From contig JANHCV010000001.1 in the NCBI GenBank assembly GCA_025594325.1, forward strand, positions 2,170,001 through 2,234,000: 64,000 bases of DNA. The letters are read 5' to 3'. Below, one piece after another: positions 47,401 to 59,400 of this stretch (position 1 is the first letter of the stretch; each line of letters starts with the position of its first letter). The notes under the pieces were generated by a model that was given only the letters and a program-made list of their open reading frames with translations, was not told the DNA's origin and ran no database searches. Source of the stretch: Blastocladiella emersonii ATCC 22665. Taxonomy: Eukaryota; Fungi; Blastocladiomycota. Made by a program: the position numbers and the translations under genes.

Positions 47401-50400
47401 CTCCGTGGCCTCGATGGCGATGGCGCGCTCCGAAACGACCTCGGTGGTGGTCTCGGTCGACTCGACAGCGACGGCGACCTCAGTGGCGGTCGTCTCGGTC
47501 GTCTCGATCGTGGTCGTGGTCTCGACAGTCTCGGTGGTGGTGGTGTGCACCTCCGAAACGGTCTCGGTCGACGACGACTCGGCGGTGGCCGCCTCGGTCG
47601 ACTCAACGACGACGGCCTGCTCCGAAACGACCTCGGTGGCCTCGACAACGACGGCAGCGGCCTCCGAAACGACCTCGGTGGTCTCGGTGGTCTCGACGGC
47701 GACGATAGTCTCCTCGGAAACGACCTCGGTGGCGACGGTCTCGACCGACTCGGTGGTGGTCGACTCGACGACGACAGTCTCCTCGGAAACGACCTCGGTC
47801 GACTCGGTGGTGATGGTCTGGACCTCCGAAACGACCTCGGTGGTCTCGACGGCGACCTGCGTCTCCTCGGAAACGACCTCGGTGGCGACAGTCTCGACCG
47901 ACTCGACAACGACAGTCTCCTCGGAAACAACCTCCGTGGTCTCGGCCGACTCGACAACGACCTCGGTGGTGGTCGTGGTGGTCTCGACGGCGGCGACGGT
48001 CTCGGTGCACTCGACCTCGGCGGCGGCGGCGGCCTCCGAAACGACGACCTCGGCGTGGATCTCCGTGGCCTCGACGGCAATGGCGCGCTCGGCAACGACC
48101 TCGGTCGACTCGTGGACCTCGTGGACCTCGGTGGTGGTGGTCTCGGTCGTCTCGGTCGTCTCGATCGTGGTCGTGGTGGTGTGCACCTCCGAAACGGCCT
48201 CGGTCGACGACGACGCGGTCGACTCGACGACGGCCGTGGTCTCGGCGGTCTCGGTGACCTCGGTGGCCTCGACAACGACGGCGGCAGCCTCCGAAACGAC
48301 CTCGGTGGCGATCTCGACCGACTCGATAGTCTCGGTGGTCTCGACGGCAACCTGGGTCTCCGAAACGACCTCGGTCGACTCGACAACGACCTCGGTGGTG
48401 GTCTCGGTCGTCTCGACCGTGTCGACCGTCTCGGTGGTGGTCTGGACCGTCTCGGTCGACTCGACGACGACGGCGGCGGCGGCCTGCTCCGAAACGACCT
48501 CGGTGGACTCGACGACGACCTCGGTGGCGGTCTCGGTCGACTCGACGGCGGTAACGACCTCGGCCGACTCGACAACGACCTCGGTGGTGGTCTCCGAGAC
48601 GATCTCGGCGGTCTCGGTGGTCTGAACCGTCTCGGTCGACTCAACGACGACAGTCTCCTCCGAAACGACCTCGGTGGTGGTCTCGGTGGTCTCGACGACC
48701 GTCGTGGACTCGGTCGACTCGACAACAACCGTCTCGGTCGTCTCGGTCGTCTCGGTCGTCTCGGTCGTCGACTCGGCGGCGGCGGCGGTGATCTCGACCT
48801 CCGACACGGCCGAAGCGCACTCGGCAGCAACGGCAACCTCCGAAACGACCTCGGTCGACTCGGCAGCGACGATCACGGCCTCGGCGTGGATCTCCGTGGC
48901 CTCGATGGCGATGGCGCGCTCCGAAACGACCTCGGTGGTGGTCTCGGTCGACTCGACAGCGACGGCGACCTCAGTGGCGGTCGTCTCGGTCGTCTCGATC
49001 GTGGTCGTGGTCTCGACAGTCTCGGTGGTGGTGGTGTGCACCTCCGAAACGGTCTCGGTCGACGACGACTCGGCGGTGGCCGCCTCGGTCGACTCAACGA
49101 CGACGGCCTGCTCCGAAACGACCTCGGTGGCCTCGACAACGACGGCAGCGGCCTCCGAAACGACCTCGGTGGTCTCGGTGGTCTCGACGGCGACGATAGT
49201 CTCCTCGGAAACGACCTCGGTGGCGACGGTCTCGACCGACTCGGTGGTGGTCGACTCGACGACGACAGTCTCCTCGGAAACGACCTCGGTCGACTCGGTG
49301 GTGATGGTCTGGACCTCCGAAACGACCTCGGTGGTCTCGACGGCGACCTGCGTCTCCTCGGAAACGACCTCGGTGGCGACAGTCTCGACCGACTCGACAA
49401 CGACAGTCTCCTCGGAAACAACCTCCGTGGTCTCGGCCGACTCGACAACGACCTCGGTGGTGGTCGTGGTGGTCTCGACGGCGGCGACGGTCTCGGTGCA
49501 CTCGACCTCGGCGGCGGCGGCGGCCTCCGAAACGACGACCTCGGCGTGGATCTCCGTGGCCTCGACGGCAATGGCGCGCTCGGCAACGACCTCGGTCGAC
49601 TCGTGGACCTCGTGGACCTCGGTGGTGGTGGTCTCGGTCGTCTCGGTCGTCTCGATCGTGGTCGTGGTGGTGTGCACCTCCGAAACGGCCTCGGTCGACG
49701 ACGACGCGGTCGACTCGACGACGGCCGTGGTCTCGGCGGTCTCGGTGACCTCGGTGGCCTCGACAACGACGGCGGCAGCCTCCGAAACGACCTCGGTGGC
49801 GATCTCGACCGACTCGATAGTCTCGGTGGTCTCGACGGCAACCTGGGTCTCCGAAACGACCTCGGTCGACTCGACAACGACCTCGGTGGTGGTCTCGGTC
49901 GTCTCGACCGTCTCGACCGTCTCGGTGGTGGTCTGGACCGTCTCGGTCGACTCGACGACGACGGCGGCGGCGGCCTGCTCCGAAACGACCTCGGTGGACT
50001 CGACGACGACCTCGGTGGCGGTCTCGGTCGACTCGACGGCGGTAACGACCTCGGCCGACTCGACAACGACCTCGGTGGTGGTCTCCGAGACGATCTCGGC
50101 GGTCTCGGTGGTCTGAACCGTCTCGGTCGACTCAACGACGACAGTCTCCTCCGAAACGACCTCGGTGGTGGTCTCGGTGGTCTCGACGACCGTCGTGGAC
50201 TCGGTCGACTCGACAACAACCGTCTCGGTCGTCTCGGTCGTCTCGGTCGTCTCGGTCGTCGACTCGGCGGCGGCGGCGGTGATCTCGACCTCCGACACGG
50301 CCGAAGCGCACTCGGCAGCAACGGCAACCTCCGAAACGACCTCGGTCGACTCGGCAGCGACGATCACGGCCTCGGCGTGGATCTCCGTGGCCTCGATGGC

Positions 50401-53400
50401 GATGGCGCGCTCCGAAACGACCTCGGTGGTGGTCTCGGTCGACTCGACAGCGACGGCGACCTCAGTGGCGGTCGTCTCGGTCGTCTCGATCGTGGTCGTG
50501 GTCTCGACAGTCTCGGTGGTGGTGGTGTGCACCTCCGAAACGGTCTCGGTCGACGACGACTCGGCGGTGGCCGCCTCGGTCGACTCAACGACGACGGCCT
50601 GCTCCGAAACGACCTCGGTGGCCTCGACAACGACGGCAGCGGCCTCCGAAACGACCTCGGTGGTCTCGGTGGTCTCGACGGCGACGATAGTCTCCTCGGA
50701 AACGACCTCGGTGGCGACGGTCTCGACCGACTCGGTGGTGGTCGACTCGACGACGACAGTCTCCTCGGAAACGACCTCGGTCGACTCGGTGGTGATGGTC
50801 TGGACCTCCGAAACGACCTCGGTGGTCTCGACGGCGACCTGCGTCTCCTCGGAAACGACCTCGGTGGCGACAGTCTCGACCGACTCGACAACGACAGTCT
50901 CCTCGGAAACAACCTCCGTGGTCTCGGCCGACTCGACAACGACCTCGGTGGTGGTCGTGGTGGTCTCGACGGCGGCGACGGTCTCGGTGCACTCGACCTC
51001 GGCGGCGGCGGCGGCCTCCGAAACGACGACCTCGGCGTGGATCTCCGTGGCCTCGACGGCAATGGCGCGCTCGGCAACGACCTCGGTCGACTCGTGGACC
51101 TCGTGGACCTCGGTGGTGGTGGTCTCGGTCGTCTCGGTCGTCTCGATCGTGGTCGTGGTGGTGTGCACCTCCGAAACGGCCTCGGTCGACGACGACGCGG
51201 TCGACTCGACGACGGCCGTGGTCTCGGCGGTCTCGGTGACCTCGGTGGCCTCGACAACGACGGCGGCAGCCTCCGAAACGACCTCGGTGGCGATCTCGAC
51301 CGACTCGATAGTCTCGGTGGTCTCGACGGCAACCTGGGTCTCCGAAACGACCTCGGTCGACTCGACAACGACCTCGGTGGTGGTCTCGGTCGTCTCGACC
51401 GTGTCGACCGTCTCGGTGGTGGTCTGGACCGTCTCGGTCGACTCGACGACGACGGCGGCGGCGGCCTGCTCCGAAACGACCTCGGTGGACTCGACGACGA
51501 CCTCGGTGGCGGTCTCGGTCGACTCGACGGCGGTAACGACCTCGGCCGACTCGACAACGACCTCGGTGGTGGTCTCCGAGACGATCTCGGCGGTCTCGGT
51601 GGTCTGAACCGTCTCGGTCGACTCAACGACGACAGTCTCCTCCGAAACGACCTCGGTGGTGGTCTCGGTGGTCTCGACGACCGTCGTGGACTCGGTCGAC
51701 TCGACAACAACCGTCTCGGTCGTCTCGGTCGTCTCGGTCGTCTCGGTCGTCGACTCGGCGGCGGCGGCGGTGATCTCGACCTCCGACACGGCCGAAGCGC
51801 ACTCGGCAGCAACGGCAACCTCCGAAACGACCTCGGTCGACTCGGCAGCGACGATCACGGCCTCGGCGTGGATCTCCGTGGCCTCGATGGCGATGGCGCG
51901 CTCCGAAACGACCTCGGTGGTGGTCTCGGTCGACTCGACAGCGACGGCGACCTCAGTGGCGGTCGTCTCGGTCGTCTCGATCGTGGTCGTGGTCTCGACA
52001 GTCTCGGTGGTGGTGGTGTGCACCTCCGAAACGGTCTCGGTCGACGACGACTCGGCGGTGGCCGCCTCGGTCGACTCAACGACGACGGCCTGCTCCGAAA
52101 CGACCTCGGTGGCCTCGACAACGACGGCAGCGGCCTCCGAAACGACCTCGGTGGTCTCGGTGGTCTCGACGGCGACGATAGTCTCCTCGGAAACGACCTC
52201 GGTGGCGACGGTCTCGACCGACTCGGTGGTGGTCGACTCGACGACGACAGTCTCCTCGGAAACGACCTCGGTCGACTCGGTGGTGATGGTCTGGACCTCC
52301 GAAACGACCTCGGTGGTCTCGACGGCGACCTGCGTCTCCTCGGAAACGACCTCGGTGGCGACAGTCTCGACCGACTCGACAACGACAGTCTCCTCGGAAA
52401 CAACCTCCGTGGTCTCGGCCGACTCGACAACGACCTCGGTGGTGGTCGTGGTGGTCTCGACGGCGGCGACGGTCTCGGTGCACTCGACCTCGGCGGCGGC
52501 GGCGGCCTCCGAAACGACGACCTCGGCGTGGATCTCCGTGGCCTCGACGGCAATGGCGCGCTCGGCAACGACCTCGGTCGACTCGTGGACCTCGTGGACC
52601 TCGGTGGTGGTGGTCTCGGTCGTCTCGGTCGTCTCGATCGTGGTCGTGGTGGTGTGCACCTCCGAAACGGCCTCGGTCGACGACGACGCGGTCGACTCGA
52701 CGACGGCCGTGGTCTCGGCGGTCTCGGTGACCTCGGTGGCCTCGACAACGACGGCGGCAGCCTCCGAAACGACCTCGGTGGCGATCTCGACCGACTCGAT
52801 AGTCTCGGTGGTCTCGACGGCAACCTGGGTCTCCGAAACGACCTCGGTCGACTCGACAACGACCTCGGTGGTGGTCTCGGTCGTCTCGACCGTGTCGACC
52901 GTCTCGGTGGTGGTCTGGACCGTCTCGGTCGACTCGACGACGACGGCGGCGGCGGCCTGCTCCGAAACGACCTCGGTGGACTCGACGACGACCTCGGTGG
53001 CGGTCTCGGTCGACTCGACGGCGGTAACGACCTCGGCCGACTCGACAACGACCTCGGTGGTGGTCTCCGAGACGATCTCGGCGGTCTCGGTGGTCTGAAC
53101 CGTCTCGGTCGACTCAACGACGACAGTCTCCTCCGAAACGACCTCGGTGGTGGTCTCGGTGGTCTCGACGACCGTCGTGGACTCGGTCGACTCGACAACA
53201 ACCGTCTCGGTCGTCTCGGTCGTCTCGGTCGTCTCGGTCGTCGACTCGGCGGCGGCGGCGGTGATCTCGACCTCCGACACGGCCGAAGCGCACTCGGCAG
53301 CAACGGCAACCTCCGAAACGACCTCGGTCGACTCGGCAGCGACGATCACGGCCTCGGCGTGGATCTCCGTGGCCTCGATGGCGATGGCGCGCTCCGAAAC

Positions 53401-56400
53401 GACCTCGGTGGTGGTCTCGGTCGACTCGACAGCGACGGCGACCTCAGTGGCGGTCGTCTCGGTCGTCTCGATCGTGGTCGTGGTCTCGACAGTCTCGGTG
53501 GTGGTGGTGTGCACCTCCGAAACGGTCTCGGTCGACGACGACTCGGCGGTGGCCGCCTCGGTCGACTCAACGACGACGGCCTGCTCCGAAACGACCTCGG
53601 TGGCCTCGACAACGACGGCAGCGGCCTCCGAAACGACCTCGGTGGTCTCGGTGGTCTCGACGGCGACGATAGTCTCCTCGGAAACGACCTCGGTGGCGAC
53701 GGTCTCGACCGACTCGGTGGTGGTCGACTCGACGACGACAGTCTCCTCGGAAACGACCTCGGTCGACTCGGTGGTGATGGTCTGGACCTCCGAAACGACC
53801 TCGGTGGTCTCGACGGCGACCTGCGTCTCCTCGGAAACGACCTCGGTGGCGACAGTCTCGACCGACTCGACAACGACAGTCTCCTCGGAAACAACCTCCG
53901 TGGTCTCGGCCGACTCGACAACGACCTCGGTGGTGGTCGTGGTGGTCTCGACGGCGGCGACGGTCTCGGTGCACTCGACCTCGGCGGCGGCGGCGGCCTC
54001 CGAAACGACGACCTCGGCGTGGATCTCCGTGGCCTCGACGGCAATGGCGCGCTCGGCAACGACCTCGGTCGACTCGTGGACCTCGTGGACCTCGGTGGTG
54101 GTGGTCTCGGTCGTCTCGGTCGTCTCGATCGTGGTCGTGGTGGTGTGCACCTCCGAAACGGCCTCGGTCGACGACGACGCGGTCGACTCGACGACGGCCG
54201 TGGTCTCGGCGGTCTCGGTGACCTCGGTGGCCTCGACAACGACGGCGGCAGCCTCCGAAACGACCTCGGTGGCGATCTCGACCGACTCGATAGTCTCGGT
54301 GGTCTCGACGGCAACCTGGGTCTCCGAAACGACCTCGGTCGACTCGACAACGACCTCGGTGGTGGTCTCGGTCGTCTCGACCGTCTCGACCGTCTCGGTG
54401 GTGGTCTGGACCGTCTCGGTCGACTCGACGACGACGGCGGCGGCGGCCTGCTCCGAAACGACCTCGGTGGACTCGACGACGACCTCGGTGGCGGTCTCGG
54501 TCGACTCGACGGCGGTAACGACCTCGGCCGACTCGACAACGACCTCGGTGGTGGTCTCCGAGACGATCTCGGCGGTCTCGGTGGTCTGAACCGTCTCGGT
54601 CGACTCAACGACGACAGTCTCCTCCGAAACGACCTCGGTGGTGGTCTCGGTGGTCTCGACGACCGTCGTGGACTCGGTCGACTCGACAACAACCGTCTCG
54701 GTCGTCTCGGTCGTCTCGGTCGTCTCGGTCGTCGACTCGGCGGCGGCGGCGGTGATCTCGACCTCCGACACGGCCGAAGCGCACTCGGCAGCAACGGCAA
54801 CCTCCGAAACGACCTCGGTCGACTCGGCAGCGACGATCACGGCCTCGGCGTGGATCTCCGTGGCCTCGATGGCGATGGCGCGCTCCGAAACGACCTCGGT
54901 GGTGGTCTCGGTCGACTCGACAGCGACGGCGACCTCAGTGGCGGTCGTCTCGGTCGTCTCGATCGTGGTCGTGGTCTCGACAGTCTCGGTGGTGGTGGTG
55001 TGCACCTCCGAAACGGTCTCGGTCGACGACGACTCGGCGGTGGCCGCCTCGGTCGACTCAACGACGACGGCCTGCTCCGAAACGACCTCGGTGGCCTCGA
55101 CAACGACGGCAGCGGCCTCCGAAACGACCTCGGTGGTCTCGGTGGTCTCGACGGCGACGATAGTCTCCTCGGAAACGACCTCGGTGGCGACGGTCTCGAC
55201 CGACTCGGTGGTGGTCGACTCGACGACGACAGTCTCCTCGGAAACGACCTCGGTCGACTCGGTGGTGATGGTCTGGACCTCCGAAACGACCTCGGTGGTC
55301 TCGACGGCGACCTGCGTCTCCTCGGAAACGACCTCGGTGGCGACAGTCTCGACCGACTCGACAACGACAGTCTCCTCGGAAACAACCTCCGTGGTCTCGG
55401 CCGACTCGACAACGACCTCGGTGGTGGTCGTGGTGGTCTCGACGGCGGCGACGGTCTCGGTGCACTCGACCTCGGCGGCGGCGGCGGCCTCCGAAACGAC
55501 GACCTCGGCGTGGATCTCCGTGGCCTCGACGGCAATGGCGCGCTCGGCAACGACCTCGGTCGACTCGTGGACCTCGTGGACCTCGGTGGTGGTGGTCTCG
55601 GTCGTCTCGGTCGTCTCGATCGTGGTCGTGGTGGTGTGCACCTCCGAAACGGCCTCGGTCGACGACGACGCGGTCGACTCGACGACGGCCGTGGTCTCGG
55701 CGGTCTCGGTGACCTCGGTGGCCTCGACAACGACGGCGGCAGCCTCCGAAACGACCTCGGTGGCGATCTCGACCGACTCGATAGTCTCGGTGGTCTCGAC
55801 GGCAACCTGGGTCTCCGAAACGACCTCGGTCGACTCGACAACGACCTCGGTGGTGGTCTCGGTCGTCTCGACCGTCTCGACCGTCTCGGTGGTGGTCTGG
55901 ACCGTCTCGGTCGACTCGACGACGACGGCGGCGGCGGCCTGCTCCGAAACGACCTCGGTGGACTCGACGACGACCTCGGTGGCGGTCTCGGTCGACTCGA
56001 CGGCGGTAACGACCTCGGCCGACTCGACAACGACCTCGGTGGTGGTCTCCGAGACGATCTCGGCGGTCTCGGTGGTCTGAACCGTCTCGGTCGACTCAAC
56101 GACGACAGTCTCCTCCGAAACGACCTCGGTGGTGGTCTCGGTGGTCTCGACGACCGTCGTGGACTCGGTCGACTCGACAACAACCGTCTCGGTCGTCTCG
56201 GTCGTCTCGGTCGTCTCGGTCGTCGACTCGGCGGCGGCGGCGGTGATCTCGACCTCCGACACGGCCGAAGCGCACTCGGCAGCAACGGCAACCTCCGAAA
56301 CGACCTCGGTCGACTCGGCAGCGACGATCACGGCCTCGGCGTGGATCTCCGTGGCCTCGATGGCGATGGCGCGCTCCGAAACGACCTCGGTGGTGGTCTC

Positions 56401-59400
56401 GGTCGACTCGACAGCGACGGCGACCTCAGTGGCGGTCGTCTCGGTCGTCTCGATCGTGGTCGTGGTCTCGACAGTCTCGGTGGTGGTGGTGTGCACCTCC
56501 GAAACGGTCTCGGTCGACGACGACTCGGCGGTGGCCGCCTCGGTCGACTCAACGACGACGGCCTGCTCCGAAACGACCTCGGTGGCCTCGACAACGACGG
56601 CAGCGGCCTCCGAAACGACCTCGGTGGTCTCGGTGGTCTCGACGGCGACGATAGTCTCCTCGGAAACGACCTCGGTGGCGACGGTCTCGACCGACTCGGT
56701 GGTGGTCGACTCGACGACGACAGTCTCCTCGGAAACGACCTCGGTCGACTCGGTGGTGATGGTCTGGACCTCCGAAACGACCTCGGTGGTCTCGACGGCG
56801 ACCTGCGTCTCCTCGGAAACGACCTCGGTGGCGACAGTCTCGACCGACTCGACAACGACAGTCTCCTCGGAAACAACCTCCGTGGTCTCGGCCGACTCGA
56901 CAACGACCTCGGTGGTGGTCGTGGTGGTCTCGACGGCGGCGACGGTCTCGGTGCACTCGACCTCGGCGGCGGCGGCGGCCTCCGAAACGACGACCTCGGC
57001 GTGGATCTCCGTGGCCTCGACGGCAATGGCGCGCTCGGCAACGACCTCGGTCGACTCGTGGACCTCGTGGACCTCGGTGGTGGTGGTCTCGGTCGTCTCG
57101 GTCGTCTCGATCGTGGTCGTGGTGGTGTGCACCTCCGAAACGGCCTCGGTCGACGACGACGCGGTCGACTCGACGACGGCCGTGGTCTCGGCGGTCTCGG
57201 TGACCTCGGTGGCCTCGACAACGACGGCGGCAGCCTCCGAAACGACCTCGGTGGCGATCTCGACCGACTCGATAGTCTCGGTGGTCTCGACGGCAACCTG
57301 GGTCTCCGAAACGACCTCGGTCGACTCGACAACGACCTCGGTGGTGGTCTCGGTCGTCTCGACCGTCTCGACCGTCTCGGTGGTGGTCTGGACCGTCTCG
57401 GTCGACTCGACGACGACGGCGGCGGCGGCCTGCTCCGAAACGACCTCGGTGGACTCGACGACGACCTCGGTGGCGGTCTCGGTCGACTCGACGGCGGTAA
57501 CGACCTCGGCCGACTCGACAACGACCTCGGTGGTGGTCTCCGAGACGATCTCGGCGGTCTCGGTGGTCTGAACCGTCTCGGTCGACTCAACGACGACAGT
57601 CTCCTCCGAAACGACCTCGGTGGTGGTCTCGGTGGTCTCGACGACCGTCGTGGACTCGGTCGACTCGACAACAACCGTCTCGGTCGTCTCGGTCGTCTCG
57701 GTCGTCTCGGTCGTCGACTCGGCGGCGGCGGCGGTGATCTCGACCTCCGACACGGCCGAAGCGCACTCGGCAGCAACGGCAACCTCCGAAACGACCTCGG
57801 TCGACTCGGCAGCGACGATCACGGCCTCGGCGTGGATCTCCGTGGCCTCGATGGCGATGGCGCGCTCCGAAACGACCTCGGTGGTGGTCTCGGTCGACTC
57901 GACAGCGACGGCGACCTCAGTGGCGGTCGTCTCGGTCGTCTCGATCGTGGTCGTGGTCTCGACAGTCTCGGTGGTGGTGGTGTGCACCTCCGAAACGGTC
58001 TCGGTCGACGACGACTCGGCGGTGGCCGCCTCGGTCGACTCAACGACGACGGCCTGCTCCGAAACGACCTCGGTGGCCTCGACAACGACGGCAGCGGCCT
58101 CCGAAACGACCTCGGTGGTCTCGGTGGTCTCGACGGCGACGATAGTCTCCTCGGAAACGACCTCGGTGGCGACGGTCTCGACCGACTCGGTGGTGGTCGA
58201 CTCGACGACGACAGTCTCCTCGGAAACGACCTCGGTCGACTCGGTGGTGATGGTCTGGACCTCCGAAACGACCTCGGTGGTCTCGACGGCGACCTGCGTC
58301 TCCTCGGAAACGACCTCGGTGGCGACAGTCTCGACCGACTCGACAACGACAGTCTCCTCGGAAACAACCTCCGTGGTCTCGGCCGACTCGACAACGACCT
58401 CGGTGGTGGTCGTGGTGGTCTCGACGGCGGCGACGGTCTCGGTGCACTCGACCTCGGCGGCGGCGGCGGCCTCCGAAACGACGACCTCGGCGTGGATCTC
58501 CGTGGCCTCGACGGCAATGGCGCGCTCGGCAACGACCTCGGTCGACTCGTGGACCTCGTGGACCTCGGTGGTGGTGGTCTCGGTCGTCTCGGTCGTCTCG
58601 ATCGTGGTCGTGGTGGTGTGCACCTCCGAAACGGCCTCGGTCGACGACGACGCGGTCGACTCGACGACGGCCGTGGTCTCGGCGGTCTCGGTGACCTCGG
58701 TGGCCTCGACAACGACGGCGGCAGCCTCCGAAACGACCTCGGTGGCGATCTCGACCGACTCGATAGTCTCGGTGGTCTCGACGGCAACCTGGGTCTCCGA
58801 AACGACCTCGGTCGACTCGACAACGACCTCGGTGGTGGTCTCGGTCGTCTCGACCGTCTCGACCGTCTCGGTGGTGGTCTGGACCGTCTCGGTCGACTCG
58901 ACGACGACGGCGGCGGCGGCCTGCTCCGAAACGACCTCGGTGGACTCGACGACGACCTCGGTGGCGGTCTCGGTCGACTCGACGGCGGTAACGACCTCGG
59001 CCGACTCGACAACGACCTCGGTGGTGGTCTCCGAGACGATCTCGGCGGTCTCGGTGGTCTGAACCGTCTCGGTCGACTCAACGACGACAGTCTCCTCCGA
59101 AACGACCTCGGTGGTGGTCTCGGTGGTCTCGACGACCGTCGTGGACTCGGTCGACTCGACAACAACCGTCTCGGTCGTCTCGGTCGTCTCGGTCGTCTCG
59201 GTCGTCGACTCGGCGGCGGCGGCGGTGATCTCGACCTCCGACACGGCCGAAGCGCACTCGGCAGCAACGGCAACCTCCGAAACGACCTCGGTCGACTCGG
59301 CAGCGACGATCACGGCCTCGGCGTGGATCTCCGTGGCCTCGATGGCGATGGCGCGCTCCGAAACGACCTCGGTGGTGGTCTCGGTCGACTCGACAGCGAC